64,000 nt of DNA, from assembly GCF_009914755.1 (NCBI RefSeq), contig NC_060931.1; one strand, given 5' to 3'. Origin of the DNA: the human T2T-CHM13v2.0 reference genome, Homo sapiens. Position numbers and translations under genes: made by a program. Below, piece after piece: positions 41,183-54,815 of the stretch. Positions within the stretch are counted from its first letter, which is position 1, and every line of letters starts with the position of its first letter. The notes below the pieces were generated by a model, which was given only the letters and a program-made list of their open reading frames with translations, was not told the DNA's origin and did not search any database.

Positions 41183-42579
41183 CTTTGAGGAAAGTTTCAC
41201 TTTTTATAATGGGTTCTTGATCTTATTTCTTGGGTGATAAAACTTTTAATTATACATTCACAGTGCCACTGTCCATGGAATACTGCCTTAACCATTTCAA
41301 AGCCCACGTGTTAATTTAGGCTATGTTATACAGATAGAAATCCCTAGCACTGTATGGAACAGAGTAGATTCAAATATAGCAACCTAAACTAAATATGTCC
41401 CAGCCACTAATGCATTTTACTCTTCAGTGGATTTGTGTACTTAAGTGAGTCATTGGCTTTAGTTACTCCACAATTTGTAAGGCCAAAATGTTTATAATAC
41501 AATGTGGTTTTTACTTATATTTTAATATCCCTTTATTCTTCGTGCAAAACCTTGAAATTAGCCCTCACTGTCTTCATTGTTTTGCTAGCAGAGTGTATTA
41601 TTCCTTTTGGCTTGCAGTCTTTGCAATTTAACTTAATGCTTAACACGGTAGAACATGCTTCTGCCAGTTCTGCCCCTAGTATCAGTGTATATTACTGTGT
41701 AAATGAAGGAAGAAACCATGTTATGCATTCAATTTGTGTTTCCAATTATTCATCCTATCATAGGAGTCAGTATTTGTTAATGTTGCCAAAGTACAATTAA
41801 GGTCCACTAAATTAAGTCAGGAGTTTACAAGGGAGTGATTGTTCTTGACCTCATTCTCTTCCTCCATTCTGTTTTCAAATATTGGGCATGAATAAACAGT
41901 TTTAGGCACAGAAATTAACCAACAAATTAGGACTCTTTTGTTGTAAACCTAGCTAAAGTTAAGTTAAAAATTAAGTATTTCCTCATAAGGGGTGTGTCGT
42001 ATGTGAGTGTGTCTGAATGCAGGTAGGTGTAGTGAAAATGGAGCTTCTGTTCTGGGAGAACCATTTGCTCAGAGGATCTCACCCACTTCTGCCCAGTTTT
42101 GTGCCTATCTTGGAAGGTCTCAGCCGTCAGTACCACTTTTCCATCATGAGAACACCAAGGATGACTGAGCACTGCAGAAGGAAATTTCAGTGTTAATCAA
42201 GCCTAGAGAAAGGTTAAGCTGTTTGTCATTAATTTGGATTGACTCAGATACAGCTGTAACGTCCCTTGACTAACAAGACTCCTAACTATACTCCTTCATG
42301 CCCTCCTTTGTTAGAGATAGGAATAGAGAAAGCCTGTCCCGGAAGTGTTGGCATTTTTTTACTACCCTACCTGATTTTGTTGGTAATCTTGGTAATATTA
42401 ATAATTTAAAGAGGTAAGTGTTACTATCATATTTTCTTTTTCTTTTAAGACGTGCACTCTTTTACTAGTTATCTTACCTGGCGAAGAAGAGCACACAAAG
42501 TTAGCATCAGGAGGAATAGACTCAAATTTCAGATTTTCAACTTTATTTAAACATGTCAATTATTTTTACTCTTTCTAAT

Positions 42580-42784
42580 CTTCTATTTCCTTGGCTATGA
42601 ATTGAAAGTCTGGATTAGAAATCTCTAAGTCATTTACTATATATAAAAATTAATAATTCTTTCATCTTAATACTCATATGTAAAATATTCCTCATTTTAA
42701 ATTATATAATTTATTATGCAATTAATATAGCAACCAAATTAAATATTAGAAATGAACTTTGCCATATTAGTTTTCAGATGGCCC
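42580..42784 (+). repeat. Copy 2 of the ~210 bp local duplication
   Basis: See 40554-40762. Confidence 0.85.
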
Positions 42785-43516
42785 AACATGCAAAACTATT
42801 TTGCCAGCTCTCAAAACTCTTATCTGCTTTCTTCACATTTATCAATGTTATAACAATGAAACACAGCTCAGAGAGAACATTGGTAGCCTGGAGAAGTATA
42901 AAAGGGAGATGGGTTGCATTTTCAATTTTATTAAAATTCTTATTTTCCACTAGCTATATGCTTTTTATTCTTGGCCTAATTTCCTTTTGGCTGTGGGCAA
43001 CTTTTCATGGGTTTTACAATCTCTTCATAAAACACAACCGATTCCATTATCACATTACATACCTCTACAGGCATGTCATTTTTTTCTCAATTCGGAGGTA
43101 GAGAAATAAAGGCAAGAACAGTTTTCAAGGTTTTGAACTTTTCATTAAAGTGCAATTTATTGGTTTTTGCCCCTAGTCACATGTTAACCAATATGCATGA
43201 TAAAATATTTCAAACATTTTTATTTACTGATTTACATAAATCACTTACATAGGTAAGAACTTTTTAAGATAATTACCAATCAGTACATTATAACATTTTA
43301 ATTTTGTTTTAATTTTTGTAAATTATATATATGAATTGATACTTACTATATTAACATATCAAGGTAAAAAATTCACTCTTTGTTCTCAGCTGTGCCAAAC
43401 AAAGTGTAGATTTTATAATCTCCAATCGTTGAAACTCCTCTCCACGGGATGAAAAGCAAACTTATACTTGATGAAGTTCTCTGTTTCCTGGGTTAATAAG
43501 TTTCTTTTTAGACTAA

Positions 43517-43884
<368 letters not shown>

Positions 43885-44079
43885 TATGCAGTTACCTTTA
43901 TGTTCATCATTCTCTTTAGGTTATGAGTCTTTGGCGTTTCACCCTTTTTACTGCTGCCTTCAGGATCATGACTGGGTAAGTGAGTGGGCCACTGCTTAAG
44001 GGTCCTTTGTGGGTGGGGAAGGGGTCTGGGGTTAGCATATTGCTCTTGGGATTTTGGATGCTGGCAGAATTTATTTAGA

Positions 44080-44830
44080 CCTTGCCATGGGAGACTGAGG
44101 TTCCCCTTCCTCACCGTCTGTTGACCAAAGGCCTCTCTCTCAGCTTCTAAAGGCTGCCTTCTCATGTGCTCCCTTCATCTTCAAATCAGCACCGGTTTGC
44201 CAAGTTCTTCCCACACTTCAAATCTCTGATGCCTTCTGTCTCCTTCCAAGGTGAAAGCTATTGGCTTTTAAGGGCTTTAGTCTGACTGGATCAGGCCCAC
44301 CTGAAAGTTTCCATATCTCAAGTCAAGTGATTTGGGACTTTACACCAGCAAAATCTCTTTAAAGCAGTAACTAAATTAATATTTGCAAAATTGGAATCAT
44401 GGAAGTGTCATCTTCATCAGAATTTTAGCTGTCACAATGTGCCTTCTCATCCCCAAAGAATCATGTCCCTCCTGAAACCAAAATACATTTACCTCTTTCC
44501 AACGTTCTCAAAAGTCTTATTTTATGACAGCATTATTTCAGCGTTGCAAATCTCATCTGTACCTTATCAGCTCAAAATTCTAATAATCTCATCACCATCT
44601 CATCATCTACCTCATCAGAATCAGATGTGGATGAGAGGCTAGCTACCTTCCTTTCTGGCTTGGAGAGAGAATTTGTTTCCAAGTTCATTCAGCTTGTTGG
44701 TGGGACTTAGTTCTTTGTGGTTGTAGGAGTAAGTCCTGCTTTCTTGCTGGCTCTCCACCAGGGCCTGCACTCTGCTCCTAGAGGCCAGTGTCACAGCATC
44801 TGTCAAGTCCCTAGTGCTGTATAATCTAAC
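44080..44830 (-). mobile_element. MLT1 (D/E/F-like) remnants
   Basis: 'ggcctctctctcagcttctaaaggctgcc', 'ttcttgctggctctccaccagggcc...ctcctagaggcc'. Confidence 0.5.
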
Positions 44831-44834
44831 ATAT

Positions 44835-45560
44835 CCATGCTTGTGGAGCGTTTTCCAAAACCAACAACCAATTCTCTGATTTTCCAAGCACGGGGTGTTC
44901 AATAATTCAGTCTGATGCCAACACTACCTACCAGGAGTTATCATAGGCCCCACAGCTTAAGGACTCAGTCCCACAAGACTGCTACCAACTTCAGACACCA
45001 GTCGCAAGTCCTGGGCCTCCCAAACTTTTAAGTGACCAGCTATAAATCAGGGATTTCCACTACCTCCTCCTAAGGTTGAATAATTTGCTAGAATGTCTCA
45101 CAGAACTCAGGAGGTCAGTTTCTGGGTTAATTATAAAGGATACAAGAACAATCAAATGGAAGAGATGAATAGGGTGAGGTATGGTGGAAAGCACACAGAA
45201 TTTTCATGCCCTCTTTGGGCACACTGCCCTCCCAGCACCTAGGCGTATTCACCAACGGGAGAGCTCTTCAAACCTCATTGTTCAAGAGTTTCATAGGCTT
45301 AATCTGCAGCATCCCCTCCTTTTCCCAAAAGTCAGTAGATGGGGCTGAAAGTTTTAATACCTAGTTGGTCTTTCTGGTGACTGGTCCCATCTGAAGCTAT
45401 CTAGGTACTCGCACCCTAAGTCCGCGCAGGAGCATAAACACAGGTGTGATCAAGTGAGGCTCATGAAGAATAATAAAAGATAGTCCTATCACTCAAGAAA
45501 TTTCAAGGGTTTTAGGAGGTCTGTGCCAGGAGCTGGGGACAGAGATGAAACACATTTCTT
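44835..45560. mobile_element. MER21-like LTR
   Basis: 'ccacagcttaaggactcagtcccacaagactgc...cttcagacaccagtcgcaagtcc', 'ctagaatgtctcacagaactcagg'. Confidence 0.75.
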
Positions 45561-45563
45561 ACT

Positions 45564-45733
45564 GCAGTTGGCCCTTCGGATTCATGGTTCCACATTTGGT
45601 AATTCAACTAACTTTGGATCCCCAATTTTTCCATCTAATTGTTTTGATCCACAGTTGAGACTTGAACATCTGTGGATTTTGGTATCTGCAGGGGGTCCTG
45701 GAACCAATTCTTTACAGACCCGAAGGGCTGACC
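45564..45733. mobile_element. Short Tigger3/MER2-like DNA transposon
   Basis: cagttggcccttcggat...ttcaac start; 'gtggattttggtatctgcagggggtcctggaaccaat...agggctgac' end. Confidence 0.65.
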
Positions 45734-46671
45734 AATGACAGCACAGTATCTCATCACATTCAGTTTCTGGGGGTTGGGGCAGGACAACTTTAGCAGCCGT
45801 TTTGGAGTTCTGCCTACTGCAGGTGGGATGCTTCTGAAGGATTTCTGGAGCCCTTTCTGCCCCCTCCCCACCCCTCGCTACTCCTGATTAGCCAAGCCTC
45901 AATTCTGAATATTTGTGGATTTTCCCATAGATATCTACTAGTCCTGAAAAGCAGGAACTCAGTTCAGATTTGTTTATCCCACCTTATTTTTCTTCTTCTT
46001 ACAATACACTTAAGTCTGACAGTACAGACTTTTCATTTGCTCCCCCTATTTTATTGTGAGTTTTCTTAACGTGAAACTCTGCAATTACGTTTGCCAAGTT
46101 TGGTTCTTATTACGGTTGTCATAGGGCAGTTTGGTTCTCAGGAGTAAGATGTTCAAATATGACTAGACGCTCACTTTGCTCTGATGTGGGTGAGGGAATC
46201 TAATCTCTATATCCGAAATACACAGAACATATACACGAGACAAATGGAGAGCCATATTATTGAATAAATACTGCTATGAGTAGGTAACAGGAATGAAACA
46301 TAATACCCCAGGGGAAGAAATGGCTACCATCATTTATCTAGTACAATAGGTGGGAAGGCAGAGAATACGAACACTGATACTACCGGCTGGCAGGTTAAGA
46401 TGGTCATGGCTTCAACTTTCACGGTGAAGTAGGAAGCAAACTGAGAATGAAGAGGATGGAAGAAGCGAAAAAAAGTTTGTTTGAATTAAACTAGAGAGAA
46501 ATTAGATGAATATATGCAGGATTTTTATTGCTGTTGCATATTATATTAATTGTCCTGTAATGCTTTTACATCTGACTTCGTTTAGCTTATTTTTGACATC
46601 TTGTGGTAGAACTTTGAGACAATATATTGTTTTCCAAGAGTTTTTTCAAGTGCTTTGGTGTGCTGAAATAG

Positions 46672-47028
<357 letters not shown>

Positions 47029-48144
47029 AGGTATTTGCTTTTATGCTACAACGTACGTAATTTATTTTTTGTTAAGGGCTCTTAGTCACTAGGATTAATT
47101 TTTGTTTCTAGCATAGCTTTTTCTTAGGATGTCAGAGCTCTTTGTGACTAAACTCTTAAACACTGTACATAAAGAGGAACCAAATATATCAAAGGCAAAT
47201 TAATCACCATATTTCTTCCAGCAACAGAGTAATACTTTGATGATAATGGACAAGAAGAAGGAATCTTGCTATCATAAAATAATGCTGTATAAAAATTAGT
47301 CAAATCATGGAATTCAACTCGTATATAAAGTAAAAATCAAGGCATTCAAGTAAATGCTGAACTAAAAGATAATGTTGTTCAAAGCATGTCAAATTCCTAA
47401 AAACAGACTTTGGGGAACTAAGTGGTTAGGCATTTAGACACTGTACAGAAATGTTTTCTCTATCTAGTCTTATTAAGAGAAAGACATTTATAAAAAGAAT
47501 TTCACAGGTATCTTCATGTTTTATTATTCTCACAATGTAGACACTAAATCTAAATGCTTACTATAATTTTATCAGTAAACTCAAAAGCTGTTGTTAAAAC
47601 ACCATAGATCAATAGTTCAAGCTTAGCGGCACCATTTGAGTGAGAGAGTAAATGTCTATATGTATTTGCAGTTATGTGTTAAGGAAACTACATACTATAT
47701 AAAAGCTCATTAAACAAATAACATTAAATGAAATAAACAATTCTTTCCTTAGATATAATGATGTATTCTGTTATTATAAGCAAATAGCAAATTTCTATGC
47801 TATAGCCTTCTTTGCTATATGCATTTCTTTTAATTTTCCTATGAATTCCAAATTTACCAACATGAACAAATATTATCAACTCCAGTACCCTGTCCATAAT
47901 TGATTTGCAGCTGCATGTTTTTTCCTTCCCCACATCCCTCTCTCTTTCTCTCTGTTTAGAAAATTATTCTTGCTTTTAGGGGCACAAAGTAGTTTAGTAC
48001 TGAAGGAAAGCCAGAGATAATTAAAGCACAAATACAGATCCGGATAGACTCAAAAGGACTTAGACATTTACAACAAGTAAAGAAAATGCAAACTATTTCT
48101 AGAAAGTGGTCTAAATTTAAGTACATTAAAAATTGTATGCATAT

Positions 48145-48550
<406 letters not shown>

Positions 48551-49059
48551 CTACATAATTTAATTACAAGTGTTTTAACAATTTTTGATTTTCCTAAAAA
48601 TATTTTTAATAAATGTTGTTCACCTAGTGATCAAATTGCTATTAGAAATATTTCTGTGTGTATGCATTTAATTTTCTCTCTCATGTTTCTCAGCTAAAGT
48701 TAAGGATGATTAACTTGTACTGAACTAAGTCAAAGGTTTTAAAATTATTTCTTACAGGTTAAATAAAAGTGTGAGCAACCAGTACTTCAGAAGGAAGTAC
48801 ATATTTTAAATATAAACTAGAAAAATTACAAATATATATAAAGAAAATGAATTTTACTGATGACATATAGATTTATTCTTTTTGTTTTGTTTTCTGTGTG
48901 ACTTTGTACATATTCATAATTACAATGTCATTGTTTGCATGCCATCTTGTTACAAGGCTTAGATATTCTTGCAGGTAAACCCCATGTTTATTGCTCTTCA
49001 TATTTTGATGTGGCATACTTATGGGTTTTAGCATGTAATACAGGGACTATAAGACCTAT

Positions 49060-50700
49060 GACACATACTGACCAATGAATGAAAAACATTTGGGATAGAT
49101 ACAAAGAGAACTAAACATACTTTGAAAAATACGTTTATATTGGAATCACAGCCTGTAGAAGTAGGTTGAAACTTAGGGAATGAACTTACCCAAGCTAATC
49201 TATTGCCAAGATAAAAAATTGTCACTATTCTCTATAGAATTTAAATCGACACGGGGTCTTGATGTAATATCTAAAATGCCCAGACTAAAATAAAAATTCC
49301 TTAGTCTACAAAAATCCACGGAAATATTAACTGACATAGAAAGAACAATCAACACATGCCAACACCAAGATGACGCAGATGCTGAAAATTATCTGATAAA
49401 GACATTAAAACAACTTTCCCCAAACTGCTTGAATAACAATCATGAATGTTTTTTAAACACATGCTAAAATAGAAAGTCTCATTAAAAAAGTAGAAGATAT
49501 AAAAATAAACCAAATGGACAGAAAATACAATAACTGGGGGAAAAAACCTCACTGTAAGGACTAAATGGGAGAATTAAGATGACAGACAAAAGAGTGAGTG
49601 AATTTGAAAACAGATTAATAAAAATTATCAAACATGAGAAGAGTTTTTTTAAAAGGCTAGAAAAAACAAACCAAATAACCAATAAATGCACAAACAGAGC
49701 TAGAAGAACCTTTGGGTCAGTAACACAATGTCCAACATCCATGTTGCTGGAGTTCCAGAAAGAGTGTAGGATTCGAAAGTGTTTGATAAAAATGAAGAAT
49801 GAAAACTTTTCAAATTTGGCAAAGACATAAAACTATAATCAAATAAGCTGAGTAAATTGCAACAGGATAAATTCAAAATGATCTACATTCAGACACATAA
49901 TAATCAAACCACTCAAAACAAAGAAACTTGGAAGCCCCCAGTGGAAAATGACACATTACCTATAAAGGAACACAGATTCTAATGAGAAAAAGTCACATTA
50001 AAAGCCATGGACACCAGAACAAAGTGGTACTCCATTTTCAAAATGCTGGCAGAACTGTTAACCCAGAATGCCATAGCCACTGTAAATCAGGAATATGGGT
50101 GAAACAAATATTCTCAGATAAAGGTAACTTAAGAGAAGTTGTAGCCAGCAGAAGCGGTCTACAGTAATACTAAAGAGAAGTTTCCAGACAAAAAGGAAAT
50201 TATTTTGGAAGGAAACTTGGAACATCATTAAGGAAGGACACACAACAGAAATGGCAAATACTGCATGCATATAATGGACTATTCTTATCTTGAGTTCTTT
50301 AAAGTGCATGTAATGGTTGCAATGTATATCAATATGATTTATATGACAATTATAGCATATGGGAGGATAGTAAAGATACCTATATGATGGCAATGTTTAT
50401 ATATTAAAATTAAAGTTGTAAAGTATCAACTATAGACTGTAAGTATGTACTTTATTATCACTAAAGAAACCGTTACAGTTATAAAATAGTCAAAGTCACA
50501 GTACATAAATTAAAAATGGAATACCAAAAATGTTTAAATAACCTCTTGAATGAGTGAATGAAAAAAAAACAGAGGAACAAAAAGACTACAGAGAGAATAA
50601 AAGAAGAATTAAATGTTAGACTTAAATATATTGAAAATAACATTAAAAGTAAATGGACTAAAACACTTCACAAATGCAGAGCTTGACAGTACGAATTTTA
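49060..50700 (+). mobile_element. Old L1M ORF1-region fragment
   Basis: ORF 49579-49830 (RVSEFENRLIKII...ENFSNLAK) is L1 ORF1-like. Confidence 0.7.
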
Positions 50701-51134
50701 TTAAATATTATTCATCAAAACTGTGAAGTTTTCTACCATTAGTTTTCAAGATTTTTGTCCCTTTGTCCTCCTCTTTTGGGATTCCTATTTGATATATGTT
50801 GGTACCCTTGATGTTCTCCCACAGGTCTCTGAGATTCTATGTATTTATTTCAATCCTTTTTTTCTTTTTTTATACTGGATAATTTCTATTGATCTATATT
50901 CAAGGTCATTGATTATTTCTTATGCCACTTTAAATCTGCTATTAATTCCATTCAGTGAATTGTTTATTTTAGTTTTTATGCATTTCAACTCCAGAATTTC
51001 CATTTGCTTCTTTTTAATAGTTTCTATTGCTTTATTGGTAATCTCTATTAGTTAAATCATTGTCACTATATATTTCTTTATTCCTTTAAACTTGGCTTCT
51101 TTTAATTATTTAAAAATTATTGTTGTAGCTCTTT

Positions 51135-51957
51135 GTTTTCCTCAACCTCTCTTTATTCACATAACAATATACATTGGAGATTGCTCAAAGTATATTTTTT
51201 CTTTCTTTTTCTTTGATTTATGTGTAATTCACATAACACAATTAACAATTTTAAAGTGTATAATTCAGTGGCATTTAGGACATTCACAATGTAGTACAAC
51301 TACCACCTGAGTCTAGTTTCAGAACATTTTTCTTACACCAAAAGGAAACTCCATACCCATTAAGCAGTCCTTCCCTGTCTAATTCTGTTTTGCATTGATA
51401 TAAAATAATAACTAAGGCCGTGTAATTTATAAAGAAAAGAGGTTTACTTGGCTCATGGTTCTGCAGGCTTTGCAAGAAGCATGGCACTGGCATCTGCTTC
51501 TGGTGAGGGCCTCAAGAAACTTCCAATGATGGCAGAAGGTGGAGGGGAAACAGGTATGCCACATGGCAAGAGGGGGAGCAAAGGAGAAAGGAGAAGAGGT
51601 GCTATGTTCAACAACCAGCTCTTGCATGAATGGAGTGAGAACTCACTCATTACCATGAGGGAGGGCACCAAGCCATTTATGAGGGATCCACCTCTGTAAC
51701 TCAAATACTTCCCACCAGCTCCAACCTCCAACACTGGGGATTAAATTTCAACATGAGATCTGGAGAGGACAAACATCCAAACTATATCACTCCCAATTAT
51801 TCACCCTCCGGCTTCTAACAAGCAGGGATTTGCTTTCTGTCTATAGATTTGCCAATTCTGTACATTTTGCATAAATGTTTGGCTTCTTTCACTTAACACA
51901 GTTTTTAAAAGTTCATTTATATTGTAACATGTAGCATTTCTTAATTTCTTTTCATGG
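51135..51957 (-). mobile_element. L1MB-like 3' stub with a probable 3' transduction, interrupted by MSTB
   Basis: TSD tgttgtagctcttt (51121-51134 / 51958-51971). Confidence 0.75.
51376..51789 (-). mobile_element. MSTB-like LTR
   Basis: 'ggcatctgcttctggtgagggcctca' ... 'caaacatccaaactatatca'; TSD ttccc/ctccc. Confidence 0.88.
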
Positions 51958-53139
51958 TGTTGTAGCTCTTTTAAAGTCTTGACTGCTAATCTAACATCTC
52001 AGCCCACTCAGTGGCAGTTTCTGCATATTTATCTTTTTTTCTGGGGCAGGGGTCACATTTTGCTGTTTCTTTGGATAGCTCATAAAATCTTGTTGAAATG
52101 TGCATTTTAGAAAATATTTTAGCAACTTTGGATCCTTATTTTTTTTTCCTTGAGCATTACTGTTTTTGTTATTTTGTTTACTTATTAACCTGAAAAGTAA
52201 TTTGCCTAGACTGGTCTATGGACTCTCTCTGCTGTGTTGTGTAGTCACTGTATTATTGCTTTGTAAAAAAATATTATAGTTATCATTTTACTTAGTTTTC
52301 TAGAGGTGTTCACTTCTTTGTGGTCAGCTACTGATGCATTATAATTTGTAATGTGCTGAAACATCTTAAGAAATAAGGTTCCACCCTCTGCTGATGTATC
52401 AAAATGTGGATGTGAAAGTGCATTTGAATTTCAGGTAATTTTTCAGCTTACCTCAGTATTTAGTTTCGTTTGGTTCTCTCAGATCTTTACTATGTGTGTA
52501 CGTACCTGCACAGAAAGCCCAAGGCTTGTGAAAGATCATAAGGACCCTGAAAATTTCTGGCAATTTCAAGATCTTGTTAAATTTCTGGCCATTCCTCTAT
52601 TTTACTGTATCACCTAATGTGGAATGCAATCAGGCTAAGGGAGCTGTTGGCTTTCCCCAATCATTATCTAATGAATTTGCTACTTGTACTGACAATGCCC
52701 CTGAGTGTCAGGGCTCTACCTGCCAGTCCAAATTAAGTCAGCCCCCCTCTGGCTACTTTGCCTCTGTTGTTCATAACCAGCCATGGCCTTGCAGAATCAC
52801 CATGCTGTCCAAGTTGCTATGGTGACTGTGGAAGCCTCAGGCACAAATGCCCTAGCTACCCACAGGTCTTACCTGAAGTTTAGCAGTTTTTTTTTTTTAT
52901 TTATTTTCTTTTAGTAAATAAATGTTTCTCGTTGTGTTTCTTGCCTTAAGTCGATTCCCATGTACTTGATACAATTATTTTGAACAATTTCATCCAGTTT
53001 GATAACTGTTTTGAGGGGAGAAATTCACCAAACTTCTTACTTTTTTCAGAGATGAAAGTCGTATCCTCTTTAATGTTATTTTTGTCTAATATTGAGTTCA
53101 TTCTCATTAGTAACCCCTTCCAATAGTTGTTATTACTGT

Positions 53140-53462
<323 letters not shown>

Positions 53463-54436
53463 TAATTTTTTATTTCTTTTTCAAGTACAGCCTTTAGTAG
53501 TTCCCTCAGGGAGGTTTTCAGTCAATTCTCAGCAATCCTGAGATGTTTACTTATGGGCTTTTAAATTTTTATTCAAATATAAATACCTCCACTGAAGGTA
53601 TCTGCCCCCTGTTTACAAAGCCCTGTTACAGAATCATCTTCCTACTGAATTCAGCACCAACATCATTTTTCTTATGCTCTCAGAAAATCCAGAAGGAATG
53701 AATCAACTGGTCTAGATCAGGGTTCATTACCTGGCAAGCTACAGTTGGAATACACTAGGTAGTGAATGTATTTTGTGTGGGAGGCATAGTGTTAGTATTT
53801 TTAAAATTTTATCTTTCATTGCTACATAATATTTGTACATATTTATGGGGTACATGTGATATTTTGTTACATGTATAGAATGTGTAATGATCAAGTCAGG
53901 CTACATAGGACATGCATCACCAGGAGCATTTATCATTTCTATGTGTTCAGAACATTTTAAGTCCTCATTTCTAGCTATTTTGAAATGTACTCCACATTGT
54001 TGACTATAGTCACCCTAATCTATTATCGAACATTAGAATTTATTCTTTCTATCTGAAAGTATGTTGGTACCGATTATTCAACCTCACTTCATCTCTCCTA
54101 CCAACACAAATCCATATATTTAACAGCCTGCGGTAACTATCATTGTACTCTTTACCTACATGAGATCATTTTTTTTAGCTTCCGCATATGAGTAAATACA
54201 TGAGATATTTGTTTATCTGTGTCTGCATTACTTAACATAATAACCTCCAGTTCCATCCATGTTGCTGCAAATGACATGATTTCATTCTTATTTGTGGCTG
54301 AGTAGTATTTCGTTGTGTAAATATACCACATTTTCTTTATTCATCCACTGATAAATGTTTAGGTTGATTATATATCTTTGCTATGGTTAATAGTGCTACA
54401 GTAAACATAGGGGGCACATGTATCCCTTTGATGTGC

Positions 54437-54815
54437 TGTATTAGTTCATTCTCACACAGCTATGAAGAAATACCCAAGACTGGGTAATTTATAAAGGGAA
54501 GAGGTTTAATTGACTCACAGTTCAGCATTGCTGGGGAGGCCTCAGGAAACTTAAAATCATGGTGGAAGGCAAAGGAGAAGCAGACACCTTCTTCACAGGG
54601 TAGCAGGACTGAGTGAGTACAAGCAGGGGAAAGGCCAGAAGCTTATAAAACCATCAGATCTCCTGAGAACTCACTCACTATTATGAGAACAGCCTGGGGG
54701 GTAATAACCCCCATGATTCAATTACCTCCAACTGGGTCCCTCCCACGGCACATGGGCATTATGTGGATTACAATACAAGATGAGACTTGGATGAGGACAC
54801 AGCCAAACCCTATCA
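54437..54815 (-). mobile_element. THE1C/D LTR nested in L1MA
   Basis: tgtattagttcattctcac ... cacagccaaaccctatca. Confidence 0.9.

Larger units (their letters stand above)
50720..53030 (-). mobile_element. Old L1M 5'/ORF1 fragment, antisense, with nested insertions
   Basis: T-rich antisense ORF1 ('ctattgatctatattcaaggtcattgatt') and 5'-region sequence. Confidence 0.65.
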
